Below, in pieces: positions 1-12,122 of a stretch of DNA of 64,000 nt. A program made the position numbers and the translations under genes. The number at the start of each line of letters is the position of its first letter. Position 1 is the stretch's first letter. A model generated the notes under the pieces. The model was not told where the DNA came from. It searched no databases and saw nothing but the letters and a program-made list of their open reading frames with translations. Source of the DNA: Centroscyllium fabricii (Eukaryota). The stretch spans positions 517,762,001 through 517,826,000 of the forward strand of contig JBNRSN020000003.1 in assembly GCA_051313645.2 (NCBI GenBank). Reading direction: 5' to 3'.

Positions 1-277
1 TAAGAGTACTTTTACTTGTTTTTTGCCCATTTAAAATTGCTATGACTGTCACCATATTCAATATGTATATTTTATTTGTTCTTAGAAAGTGAGCCACACT
101 GGCAAGACCATATTTATTGCCCATCCCTAGTTGCTCTGAAAAGGTGATAGTGGGCCTTCTACTGCCACTGCAGTTCTTGGGGTGGTGCTCGCACAATGGT
201 GTCAGTTGGATAACTGCAGCATTTTGATATAGCAATGATGAAGGAATGGTGGCATCTATTCACGTCAGGTTGATGTG

Positions 278-538
278 TGTGATAAACGTGTATATCACTG
301 TATATAGTTAATCACCATGTAACCCATACCTGTAATGCATTCCACTGTGATACCTGGAACATACCTGGCTCCGCCCACGACTCCTCCCCCGCTGGAGGGA
401 GTATATAAGTGACTGCCCCCATCCCCCATGTCATTCTAGGGGACAGTCAGCTTGCTGGTGTGCTTTCTTACTGTAGTCAATAAAAGCCTGATTGTTCTAA
501 TCTACTACACGACTCCGTGGACGTTATTGAAGGTCACA
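278..538 (+). repeat. 5' LTR
   Basis: TGTGATAA...GGTCACA; TATA-like TATATAA near 402; AATAAA at 479-484. Confidence 0.97.
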
Positions 539-557
539 ATTTTATTGACTACTAGAA

Positions 558-3500
558 ATGGATACCTCAATGCTTAAACCAGCAGTGTTCGAAGTTGACC
601 CCCGATCTTCAGGAGCAGCAAACGCCTTCTCACACTGGCAAAACGTGCTCGAAGGGTACATCAGAGCCAACGCGGCGGTCATAGTAACCGAGGAGCAAAA
701 CGGCGACTCTTCAACGCCTGGGTGGGCCCTCAAGTGTACTCAATGACAGTGGACGCCCCATCGTTCCAAGAGGCCATCAGGCTCCTCGAGGCGGAATATA
801 AGCGAGCACCGAACATAGTCCATGCGAGACACATACTCGCTACTAGAAAGCAGCAAAACAACGAATCGAGTGTGCAGTTTCTAAGAGCCCTCAGAGTGCT
901 GGCACGGGACTGTGACTGCAGAGCGCAAACGGCTCAAGTTCATATGGAGAGCCTCATCAGAGACGCCTATGTAACTGGTCTAAAATCGGACTATGCCAGA
1001 CAGAGACTGCTGGAGCAGAACGGCCAGGACTTACAGGCGACCACAGACTTGGGACACGCGCTGGATAGCGCATCAACGGACTTATCGTCATATTCAAGTA
1101 ATTATACGGGCCCAGCCCCGCAAACTTGGACAGCGCTGGCGCAACGACCGGCAGAAGAACTACTCACAGCTGCCCACGCTAAAGCTAGATGCTACTTTTG
1201 TGGGCAACCTCAACACGCAAGACGCAGCTGCCCTGCTAGAGAAGCGACCTGCTCAAAATGTGACAAGAAGGGACATTATTCAAAGGTCTGTAAAAACACT
1301 AACTTTAAATCTAAACTGGGCAGCGCTGCGTGTGGAACAGGGGAGCAGCCACATTGGACTCACCCATCCCCCACTCAGCAGCCCTCATGGCAGCCGCAGC
1401 AACAGCGGCCATCTTTGACTCAGCCTCCACAGCCCAACACATGGCGGCAGCCATTTTGGGGAGCAGACTTGGAGGACTATTCTCCGGATCAAGATAACTC
1501 GGAGGACCCTGTGCTAGCATCGACGAGCCTAGACCAGAGGAAGATTCAACCACTGGAGAAATCGATGATGCCGGTGGAAGTTAACGGTGAAGAGGTGGTG
1601 TGCCTGTTCGACAGTGGGAGCACAGTAAGTTTTGTTCACCCAAATACTGTAAAGCGCCTCTCCCTTAAAGTAATCCCTGCGCGCCAGAGAATATCTATGG
1701 TGTCCAAGTCAGAATCCGCTGACGCCACCGGGCGCTGTATTGTAACGCTTAAAGTACAGGGCGCAATGTTTAATGACTTTAGTTTTTACGTGCTGCCGCA
1801 GCTCTGCGCCCCCCTACTCCTGGGACTGGACTTCCAGTGCCACCTTCAGAGCGTTACTATGGCATTTGGCGGACCCCTTCCCTCACTCACGGTCAGAAAC
1901 CGCGGCTCAAGGCGGTACCCCCAGTACACTACCTGTGGCCTCTCAACCCTTAAGGTTGCCCCTCCATCTCTCTTTGCCAACCTCACCCCAGACTGTAAGC
2001 CCGTCGCCACCAAAAGTAGGCGCTACAGTGCTGGGGACATGGTATTTATAAAATCTGAGGTGCAGCGCCTCCTAAAAGAGGGGGTCATAGAGGCCAGTAA
2101 TAGCCCCTGGAGAGCACAGGTAGTGGTAGTAAAAACCGGAGAGAAGAATAGGATGGTAGTGGATTACAGCCAGACCATAAACCGGTTCACCCAACTAGAT
2201 GCCTACCCCCTCCCCCGGATAGCGGACATGGTGAACCAAATTGCCCAATTTAAAGTGTACTCCACAATAGATTTAAAATCGGCTTATCACCAGCTTCCCA
2301 TCCGCCCAGAGGACCGTCTTTATACAGCCTTTGAGGCTGACGGTCGCCTCTACCACTTCCTTAGGGTGCCGTTTGGCGTCACAAACGGGGTCTCGGTCTT
2401 CCAGAGGGAGATGGACCGAATGGTTGATCGGTACGGGCTGCGAGCGACCTTCCCGTACCTTGATAATGTGACCATCTGCGGCCATGATCAGCAGGACCAT
2501 AACGCCAATCTCGAAAAATTTCTCCACACGGCCAAAACCCTGAACCTAACATATAACAAGGAGAAATGTGTGTTTAGCACCACCCGCCTGGCCATCCTCG
2601 GCAGCGTGGTGGAGAATGGAGTCATCGGTCCAGACCCGGACCGCACGCGCCCCCTCATGGAGCTTCCCCTCCCCCACAGCTCTTAAACGGTGTTTGGGAT
2701 TTTTTGCTTATTACGCCCAGTGGGTCCCCAATTATGCGGACAAAGCTCGCCCACTACTTAAATCGACCTCTTTCCCCCTTTCTGCAGAAGCCAACTCGGC
2801 ATTCTGCAGAATTAAAAACGACATTGCCAAAGCCACGATGCACGCGGTAGATGAGTCCGTCCCATTCCAAGTGGAAAGCGATGCATTGGACTTTGCCCTG
2901 GCCGCCACCCTTAACCAGGCGGGCAGACCCGTGGCCTTCTTTTCACGTACACTCCAAGGCCCCGAAACCCACCATTCCTCAGTCGAGAAGGAGGCCCAGG
3001 CCATCGTTGAAGCAGTGCGGCACTGGAAGCACTACCTGGCCGGCAAACGTTTTACCCTGTTGACTGACCAACGATCAGTCGCATTCATGTTTAATAACAA
3101 AGAACGGGGTAAAATAAAGAACGACAAGATATTAAGGTGGAGAATTGAACTATCTGCGTTCAATTATGATATCTTGTACCGGCCCGGGATATTTAACGAA
3201 CCCCCAGATGCCCTATCCCGCGGTACCTGTGCCAGCGCACAGGCTGACCGTCTCCAAACTCTCCACAATGACCTCTGCCACCCGGGGGTCACCAGGTTGG
3301 TTCACTTTGTGAAGTCCCGCAACCTCCCCTACTCCATCGAGGAGGTCAAGACCATGACCAGCAACTGCCAGGTCTGCGCGGAGTGCAAGCCGCACTTCTA
3401 CCGGCCAGACCGGGCGCACTTGATCAAGGCCACTCGCCCCTTTGAATGACTCAGTGTCGATTTTAAAGGGCCCCTTCCCTCATCTAATAGGAATGTGTAC

Positions 3501-4307
3501 TTCCTTAACATGATAGATGAGTACTCCCGCTTCCCCTTCGCCATCCCCTGCCAGGACATGACCTCCGCCACCGCCACCAAGGCTCTCAATAGCATTTTCT
3601 CCCTGTTCGGGTACCCCAACTATATCCATAGTGACCGGGGGACCTCTTTTATGAGCGACGAGCTGCGCCAGTTCCTGCTAGCGAAAGGCATCGCGACTAG
3701 CAGGACTACCAGCTACAACCCCCGGGGGAACGGGCAGGTAGAGAGAGAGAACACCACTGTCTGGAAAGCCATCCAGTTAGCCCTACGGTCTAAAGACCTC
3801 CCAGTCACCCGATGGCAGGACGTCCTCCCCGAAGCCCTCCACTCTATTTGGTCCCTCCTCTGTACTGCCACCAATGCCACCCCTCACGAACGACTTTTTG
3901 CCTTCCCCAGGAAGTCGGCTTCCGGGACCTCGCTACCATCGTGGCTACTATCTCCGGGACCGGTCCTGCTTCGGAAGCATGTGAGGGGACACAAGGCAGA
4001 TCCCCTAGTCGAACGGGTCCACCTCCTGCACGCAAATCCCCAGTACGCTTATATAGCGTTCCCAGATGGGAGGGAGGACACCGTGTCCATAAAGGACCTA
4101 GCCCCAGCAGGAGTCCCAAAGCCCATGCCGCCGAAGCCGAAGTACGCTCCCCGACACGTGGCCCCAGTATGCTCACAAGGCACCTGCGAGCAGCACGACC
4201 TGGCCCCAAGCTTGGATCCACAGCGCGCGCCCCCTAGAGTCAGAGGACGAAGGAGAGAACGCGCCCCCTGCTGTCAGAATAAGGGCACCACCGCCACCCA
4301 GAAGTAG
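558..4307 (+). pseudogene. Gypsy gag-pol, broken by two frameshifts and one stop
   Basis: 558-746 and 722-2686: CCHC knuckles, protease LFDSGS, RT YLDN; 2568-3449: RNase H (VESDA, LLTDQ) and IN zinc finger; TGA at 3447-3449; 3495-4307: integrase core (IHSDRG, GNGQVER). Confidence 0.93.
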
Positions 4308-4575
4308 CATTACTGCTCATCAACCGGCACCGACACCGCTACAGCAACCGACACGGCCAGCCACGCCTTGACCACCGACACCACAGGCACCTCCAGCGGT
4401 GCGAAGATCGACGCGGACAACCAAACCACCTGAAAGACTCGGCTGGGGGAGCGCCTGATAGATTAAACTTGTAATCATAAGAACTGCGTTTGTATATATA
4501 TATATTTTTTCTGATCACCTTTGTAATTGTTAGTCCTTCACCCCGCTGTATTTTCGTTCTTAAAGAAGGGGTGAA

Positions 4576-4836
4576 TGTGATAAACGTGTATATCACTGTA
4601 TATAGTTAATCACCATGTAACCCATACCTGTAATGCATTCCACTGTGATACCTGGAACATACCTGGCTCCGCCCATGACTCCTCCCCCGCTGGAGGGAGT
4701 ATATAAGTGACTGCCCCCATCCCCCATGTCATTCTAGGGGACAGTCAGCTTGCTGGTGTGCTTTCTTACTGTAGTCAATAAAAGCCCGATTGTTCTAATC
4801 TACTACACGACTCCGTGGATGCTATTGAAGGTCACA
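4576..4836 (+). repeat. 3' LTR
   Basis: Direct repeat of 278-538, preceded by PPT. Confidence 0.97.
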
Positions 4837-5526
4837 ATGTGTGACTTAGAATTACACACCATCCTGACTTGGAAGTATATCGCTGTTCCTTCATCTTCGC
4901 TGGGTCAAAATCCTGGAACTCCCTCCCTAACAACACGATGGGAGTAACTTCACCATGCGGACTGCAGCGGTTCAAGAAGGTGGCTCACCACCACCTTTGC
5001 AAGTGCAATTAGGGATGGGCAATAAATGCTGGCCTTGCCAGCAATGCCCTCATCCTAGGATCAAATACATTTTTTTGTGGAGATGTCGGTATTCCCATTA
5101 CATTACTGCTGTTGTTCTTGGTGGCAAACGCCATAGGCTGGGAAGTGCTGTCATTGAGTTCAGTGGCAGGCCTGCCAAACAAGTAAGCTGCTTTGTCCTG
5201 GATGATGTCAAGTTTGAGTGTTGTTGCGTGTGTCCAAGTAAGTGGTGAGTACTTCATCACACTCCTGACTTGAACCTTGCAGGTAGTGGATCAGCATTGA
5301 GGGAACAGGAGGTGAGCCACTTGTCACAGAGTACTCAGCCTCTGCTTTTGTAGTCACATTGTTGATATGGCTGGTCCAGTTAAGCTTGTGGTCAATGGCG
5401 ACCTCCAGGATGTTGATGGTTGAGGTCTCAATAATGATGGTGCCATTGTAGGTCAGGGGGTGATGGTTGGGCCTTTTCTTGTGGGAGACAGTTATTTTGA
5501 CAAAAATTGTAGTTGTATATATTTGT

Positions 5527-6128
5527 GAAACATAGAAACATAGAAGATAGGAGCAGGGGTAGGCCATTCTGTCCCTGCCTTCTCCCCATATCCCTTGATC
5601 CCTTTAGCCTTAAGAAATATATCTAACTCCTTCTTGAATATATTTAATGAATTGACCTCAACTGCCTTCTGTGGTAGAGAATTCCACAGGTTCACCACTC
5701 TCTGGGTGAAGAAATTCCTCCTCATCTCTGTCCTAAATAGCTTACATCTTATCCTTAAGACTGTGACCCCTGGTTCTGAACTCCCCGGCCATCGGGAACC
5801 TCCTTCCTGCATCTAGTCTGTCTAGTCCTGTTAGAATGTTATAAGTTTCAATGAGATCCCCTCTCATTCTTCTAAACTCCAGCGAGTATAAGCCTAATCG
5901 ACCCAATCTCACCTCATACGTCATTCCTGCCATCCCAGGTATCAGTTTGGTGAATCTTCGCTGCACTCCCTCCACGGCAAGAACATCCTTCCTCAGATAA
6001 GGCGACCAAAACTGCACACAATACTCAAGATGTGGTCTCACCAAGGCCCTGTACAACTGCAGCAAGACATCCTTATTCCTGTACTCGAACCCTCTCGCTA
6101 CGAAGGCCAACATACCATTTGCCTTCTT
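5527..6128 (-). mobile_element. CR1 LINE 3' fragment (young family)
   Basis: LVRPHLEYCVQFWSP, RRMRGDLIE, NFFTQRVVNLWNSLP; (TTTCTATG)n tail. Confidence 0.93.
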
Positions 6129-6497
6129 CTGAAACCAATATGTCTCCTCACAGTAAGTCTGTTTGTCATAAAACACTCAACAAACAAACTTTAATTACCT
6201 TTCACAAAGATTGCTCAGAAAATCTATGTGCTAATACACCATAGGCAGAGTTTTATATATTATATATGCATTATACTTCAGACATCAAACTACAGTGTCA
6301 AAAGTAGAGAATAAAAGAAAGAAGAATCTGGCATTTTTTCTGCCCTTGGCAACTTGGCGTTTCACAAGTGCAGGAATCAGGATTTGCAAACAGTGCAAAT
6401 TTATACAACATGCATTTCCTATCTGTACAAAGAAGATCTCCAAGAATAGAACATTCCTCAGGCTGAGCGTATGCAGTCTCTTAATTGTCTATACTTA

Positions 6498-7153
6498 AAT
6501 TCAATTCAATTCAAGTTTTATTGTCATTGCAGAGTACTAGTACAATACAACGAGATGAAGACTCGACGCTCCCGAGAGTAGTGCAAATAAATTACATGCA
6601 AATTGCATAGAGTAAAGTACATTTTCAGGTGTGCAGGTACTGGAGTTTTTTTGTGTTTTTTTAAATTTTTTATAAAGAGTTCAGGAGGCTGACAGCCCTG
6701 GGGAAGAAGCTGTTCTTAAATCTAGTCGTGCGGGTGCGGATTGATCTGTAGCGTCTCCCGGAGGGCAGGGGGGCGAACAGACCGTGGCTGGGGTGTGTGG
6801 GGTCTTTAATAATGTTCAGAGACCTCCGTAGGCAGCGTTTGAGGGAGATGCTTTTAATTGACGGTAGCTGGGTACCGGTGATTCATTGGGCAGTTTTGAC
6901 TACCCGCTGCAGAGTCCTCCGGTCCGAGATGGTGCAATTTCCATACCAGACTGTGATGCAGCTCGTCAGTATGCTTTCAATTGTGCAGCGGTAGAAGTTG
7001 GAGGGGATGCCGGATGACAGCCTGGCTTTTTTCAGCTTCCTTAGGAAGTACAGGCGCTGTTGGGCCTTCTTAACCAGAGAGGAGGTGTTTAGTGACCAGG
7101 AGAGCTCTTCCGAGATGTGGACCCCGAGGAACATGAAGCTGGACACCCTTTCC
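6498..7153 (-). mobile_element. Rex1/Babar-type non-LTR retrotransposon, 3' fragment
   Basis: FLGVHISEELSW...KKAQQRLYFLRKL...FYRCTIESILT; AATAAA plus (TTGAA)n tail; near-identical to 28330-28978. Confidence 0.88.
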
Positions 7154-7159
7154 CTGAAC

Positions 7160-7682
7160 ACGGGACAAAGACAAAGCCACGGTTCTGACTCTTGCATTGT
7201 TCCACAGAAGCTCAGCGTAAGCTCGAGGAACAGCTCATCTTCTGATTAGGCACTTTACAGCCTTCTGGACTCAATATCGAGTTCAACAATTTCAGATCAT
7301 AACCTTGGCCATTACATTTTTACTTATATTTTTTATCCATACCTTTGTTTTGGCCCTCCCCAATTTTTTCTCTCCCACATGGCAGCTGTCTCCCATTCTG
7401 CCAGCGCATTTCACACCTAATCTAGAGCCGTTTTCTGTCTCCACTAGTCCTATCACCATCTTGTCTCGTTTTAATGTCTCTTCTCATCTCTCTTGTTCTC
7501 TCCCAGCCCCCTACTGGCCTTCTAATCTGTTTCATTTCCTTGCTTCTTCAGTCTTGACAAAGGGTTTCAACCTGAAACGTTGACTTTATTTCTCTCTTCA
7601 CGGATGTTGCCTGGCCTGCTGAATTTTTCCAGCATTTTCTGTTGTTATTTAGGATTTCCAGCATCTGCAGTATTTTGCTATC
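7160..7682 (+). mobile_element. Penelope-like element 3' end / pseudo-LTR
   Basis: Degenerate RKLEEQ..FRLGTLQPSGLNIEF-type C-terminus, followed by the GATG(C/T)TGCCTGGCCTGCTGA...TTCCAGCA terminus. Confidence 0.75.
7550..7585 (+). ncRNA. Minimal type I hammerhead-like motif (U3-A8 variant)
   Basis: AGTC-TTGACAA-A-GGGT TTCA ACCT-GAAA-CG-TT-GACT; stem I AGTC/GACT. Confidence 0.55.
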
Positions 7683-9308
7683 ATTCTGACCTGCAGTCTG
7701 AATAGCAGTTGATTTCCGAATGACGACATCCAGTGTTCTTCGCAGCAATTACGCGTTGTGGCCTTAAATGGACACAACTTCACCTTAGCAACAGAACAAT
7801 ATGTTGTGCAAATATTTGTCAAAAGGTGAGAGACCAGTTAATGTTGGTATTCATAGAGATTTGGGAGTCCTTGTACACTAATCACAAAAAGTAAACACAC
7901 AGGTACAGCAAGCAATTGGGAAAGCAAATGGTAAGTTAGCCTTATTGCAAGGTGGGGGGGCAGTGGTGGAGTACACGAGTAAGGAAGTCGTGCTGCAATT
8001 ATATAGGGATTTGGTGAGACCACACCCTGCATAAAACTCTTGATAATGTAAAGCAGCATATTATCTGGCTTACTGCGAGCACCACCCACATTAAAGCAGT
8101 GAAAATGCTAAGAATTTATTTTTGGACATATCATAAAATCTTGGTAAATCTTGGTAAAGATTAACCTAAACCCAAAGACATGCAGGTTAGGTGAATTGGA
8201 GATACTAAAAATTGCCCATGAGTATGTATGTGTGTGAGATATAGTTCTTAGAGTTGGGGGTGTCGGGGGATATGGGGAGAGGGTAGGAGGGGGGTGCTGG
8301 GTTTGGATGATCAGCCATGATCTCATCAAAATGGCGGAGCAGGCTCGAAGGGCCGAATAGCCTACTCCTGCTCCTATCTTCTGTGTTTCTGTGAATTCTT
8401 TTTCCGAGGTAACTGTGACAAATCAGAAATTATTAATGTCAAAGAATGTTTTCTTATATATAAAAGCCTTAGAGACATGCATCGTGCTGAGGCCTCCTTG
8501 ATGTGCTTACTGCCAATGAAATATAGATTTACCTCCAGCTGTAATGTAGCCATAGTAACTGTTTGAAGGGACAAGATAGACTGATATGCTAATGACAAGG
8601 ATTTTAGTCAGAAGTCTTCCTGTAAATCCGCTTGCTTTGTCATGAAAATAATCAATTAAAGGTGCTTGGAAACACAGGTGAATGGAATTGTATCTAGCAT
8701 TATTAATAGGTCCAGGAAATCATAATTTTAATTTGATAACTTTGTTCACCTGCATATGACTGTCAGTCACTCTTCAGGCTTCTGAGATCACAAGTAATTG
8801 GTATAATCACAAAAATATTTTTTACTTGCTAGTTCTTCCTGTTCTAGTGTTGTATTGCAGCCCATGATGGGATGAGCATATGATGGCTCCATATATGTTT
8901 TGTGTTATGGGCACTGATGCAGGTTCAGTGTTATTCAAATGCCTCACACCTTTTTGGATTTTGTAAACTACGCAGTTGTAAGTTAAATGTTGTATTCTAG
9001 TAGAATCAACTATATTGATCTTTTGCTACTGTTTAATTTTTCCTTTTAACAAACCTGTATCATAGATAATAACCTAAGCGATTTGGTCTGACCGAGTGAT
9101 TATTCTTCTATTATCTGAAAACTAGGAGGGACTAGTGATGAAATTACACTAACAAGTAGTTAAAAAACAGCTATATATATAAAAATTCTGGAAGGACTGT
9201 ATTATTATTCAAATTTGGAGGAAAGTTCTGATTAAAAGTCCTGACATTAAATATCTTTACTTATAGAGAATCCTTTTTTATGAGCCCTGTTGCAGAGATA
9301 CTGGATAA

Positions 9309-9728
9309 AAAGAAAGAAAAAAAGGTCTTGCATTTATATAGCACCTTTCATGACCACCGGATGTCCCAAACGAAGTACTTTTTGAAGTATAGTCACGTAG
9401 GAAACGTGGCAGCTAATTTGCGCACAGCAAGTTCCCACAAACAGCAATGTGATGTTGATTGAGGGATAAATATTGGCTAGGAAACCGGGGATAACTCCCC
9501 TGCTCTTCTTCGAAATAGTGCAAAAGGATCTTTTACATGTACTTGAAAGAGCAGACGGGGCCTCGGTTTGACGTCTCATCTGAAAGGCGGCATTCCCGAC
9601 TGTGCAGCACTCCCTCAGCACGGCACTGGAGTGTCAGCCTAGATTTTTGTGCACAAGTCTCTGGAGTGGGACTTGAACCCACGACCTCCTGATTCAGAGG
9701 CGACGGTGCTAACAATTGAGCCACAGCT
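9309..9728 (-). mobile_element. Deu-domain tRNA-SINE (SacSINE1-like)
   Basis: tRNA-like head on the minus strand (GTGGCTCA...GGTTCAAGTCCCAC), central GGGATAAATATTGGC...CTTCGAAATAGTG core, L2-like TATATAAATGCAAG tail; related copies near 35540 and 53177. Confidence 0.75.
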
Positions 9729-9831
9729 AATAAAGGAAAGACACACATTATTTTAATGTTTAATGTCTTTGCCTTCACTGTAGAAAAACACACACTAAAC
9801 AAATTGACTGTAAAGGAAAGAGCTATTCCCT

Positions 9832-10400
9832 CATAGAAACATAGAAGATAGGAGCAGGAGTAGGCCATTCGGCCCTTCGAGCCTGCTCCGAATTCAATGA
9901 GATCATGGCTGATCATCCAAACCTAGCACCCCGCCCCTGCCCCCTCCCCATATCCCTCGATCCCTATCGAGCCTGCACCGACACATCTCACCCTATCCCC
10001 GTAACCCCACATATTCAATCCCCCTAACACTAAGGGTCAATTTATCCTGGCAGGCCCCGATGCGCCCGGCCACAACGCTCCAGCCCCGATGCTCAGGCCA
10101 CGCAGGCTCCGGCCACGACGGCCTCGATGTTACAGGCACCCGGCCACGCTCAGGCCCCGATGCTTTGTGCACAACGTCTTCGGTGCGTCAACCCCGGTGG
10201 GATCAAAAGATCACAAAGATCCCGATTCTCTACCCGCACATCTTTGGACTGTGGGAGGAAACCGGAGCACGCGGAGGAAACCCACGCAGACACGGGGAGA
10301 ATGTGCAAACTCCACACAGATAGTACCCGAGGCTGGATTTGAACCCGGGTCTCCAGTGCTGTGAGACAGCAGTGCTAACCACTGTGCCACCGTGCCGCCC
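9832..10400 (-). mobile_element. HE1-like tRNA-SINE with CR1-derived tail and an internal foreign insert
   Basis: GGGCGGCACGGTGGCACAGTGGTTAGCAC head; tail shared with the CR1 3' ends in this window. Confidence 0.9.
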
Positions 10401-10879
10401 ATATTACATAGAGATATATTTATTTCTGTAATTGGTTTGCAAGGGGAATAAATGTATACCTGCAGCGGGTAAGGAAACCATTATCTTCTAGGTACTTATC
10501 AATAAATACTTTTCCGTTTTTGAGCTGATTTTATTCCTTTCAGTGATAATATAAACAACTCTCACGCCTCTGTAACTCAGCACTTCTTGTTGTAACTGGG
10601 TAACCCCTGACCCACCAAAAGCAATCTCATTGGAGATCTGCTAACTTATATCGAAATCATCGTCCTTTGGACTTTTGTGCAGAAGCAAATCAATCTTTAA
10701 AATGAAGAGAAGGAAAGGTCATCATTTCCAATCTACAAATAAAGTTCCCTAGCAACAGAAACTACCTAATTAACTTCAGGAGACACATTAAAAAAAATGG
10801 CTAAAAAATACAAAGCCAACAATTTCCAATCTATAAACAAATGTTCCCAGCAAACAGAAAATACCTAATTGACCTCAGA

Positions 10880-11278
10880 TGGTAGCAAAATACTGCAGAT
10901 GCTGGAAATCCGAAATAACAACAGAAAACGCTGGAAAAACTCAGCAGGCCAGGCAGCATCGGTGAAGAGAAATAGAGTCGACGTTTCGGGTTCGGACCCT
11001 TTGTCAAAACTAAAGCTGGGGAATGAAACGCAAGCAGGAAGGTGGGGTGGGGGGGAAAGGAACAAAGAAGGCAGCACAAAGAGAAAAGACTTAGACGAGA
11101 TTCTGTGGACAGGAGACAGCTGTAGATTAGGTGTGAAAAACACTGGTAGAACAAGAGGTGGCTGCCACGATAGAGAAAAAGGCCAAATAAACATTGTGGA
11201 TAAAAAGAGGTAAAATATTTCTATTTCTCTCCACCGATGCTGCCTGGCCTGCTGAGTTATTCCAGCATTTTCTGTTGT
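10880..11278 (-). mobile_element. Penelope-like terminal fragment with a short inverted second terminus
   Basis: 14-bp TSD TAATTGACCTCAGA at 10866-10879 and 11279-11292; inverted terminus at about 11217-11278. Confidence 0.8.
10976..11011 (-). ncRNA. Minimal type I hammerhead-like motif (U3-A8 variant, GUC triplet)
   Basis: Minus strand AGTT-TTGACAA-A-GGGT CCGA ACCC-GAAA-CG-TC-GACT. Confidence 0.65.
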
Positions 11279-11382
11279 TAATTGACCTCAGAATTCAGTA
11301 AGTCCCCAACAACATTTGATCTCATATATTATAATTAACATTGTGGCCTAAAGGGATAGGTCCTAAATTAGAATCATATATT

Positions 11383-12122
11383 GGCCCAGAAATTGCAGTG
11401 GAGCCTTTTGTGCGGGTGCAGAGCTGCTTAACGCACTTTAATTGCCCATATTCACTTTTGATTTTTTGCACAGAGAAATTCCCGTTAGCCCTGCCTGTCA
11501 GAGCTCCGTGCGAGATCTGAAGGGCGTAATTAGTGCGAAGTGGCTTTTGAGACCAGTTGATTGGCAGGGAGCCAATCAGTGGAAGGAATTCTCCGTTCCA
11601 AACTTCCACGGAGAAATCTGTGCGAGTTTTGAATGGAGAGATTCTCAAAAGACACCTAAACACAAAAATAAAATTTTACAAACACCACATTTTTAAGCAT
11701 TACCCCAACTAACAAAAATAACCTATTTTAAAGAAAAAATAATAATTTGCAGAATTTTTTTTAAAACTTCAAACAGGTCTAAAAATATACTTACCTGTCT
11801 TTAAAGTTATCAACAATTAAAAACCTGAAAAATCAACAATTAAAATCAATAAAATATACACTTACCAGATGAAAACGGGTGTTAACGACTGCTTTTTTCC
11901 AGCATTGATTTCTCTTCTCTTGGTCCGCTGAAAAATCAAAAAAAACCATCGGGATGTCTGGGCGGTCCTGTAGTGCGATGCTCCCTGCGAGGCACTGACC
12001 CCCCCGCTGGGCGGCACAGGAAGTCCTGGAGCATGCGCACTGGCTCCTTCCTGCGGGTTTAAGCTCTGGTGCGCTCGCACCAGAGCTTAAACCCGATATG
12101 CGATAACGGGAATTTCTGGGCC
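11383..12122. mobile_element. Non-autonomous Harbinger-type MITE
   Basis: TIR GGCCCAGAAATT...AATTTCTGGGCC; 3-bp TSD ATT; related to 17505-18256 and 37673-38407. Confidence 0.8.

Larger units (their letters stand above)
278..4836 (+). mobile_element. Full-length Gypsy/Metaviridae LTR retrotransposon (disabled copy)
   Basis: 261-bp TG...CA LTRs at 278-538 and 4576-4836 (about 4 mismatches by eye); 5-bp TSD ATGTG at 273-277 and 4837-4841; PPT AAAGAAGGGGTGAA at 4562-4575; domain order gag-PR-RT-RH-IN. Confidence 0.97.
95..5500 (-). mobile_element. Old CR1/L2-clade LINE 3' fragment, interrupted by the Gypsy element and by an opposite-strand fragment of the same family (about 4855-5055)
   Basis: TTTATTGCCCATCCCTA tail near 112-129 and its complement near 5010-5026; ORF remnant INILEVAIDHKLNWTSHI in 5208-5567(-); boundaries approximate. 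Confidence 0.65.

Noticed and set aside
95-5055. Inverted repeat bracketing the Gypsy element
   Set aside because: The arms are clearly diverged copies of a common LINE tail, so independent insertions rather than part of the LTR element
7711-7826. Plus-strand peptide LNGHNFTLATEQYVVQI reminiscent of aspartic proteases
   Set aside because: In-frame stop just upstream, poor register and no other protease exon found
8869-8983. Signal-peptide-like plus-strand segment ending in GTAAGT
   Set aside because: Stop at the fourth codon and no downstream partner exon identified
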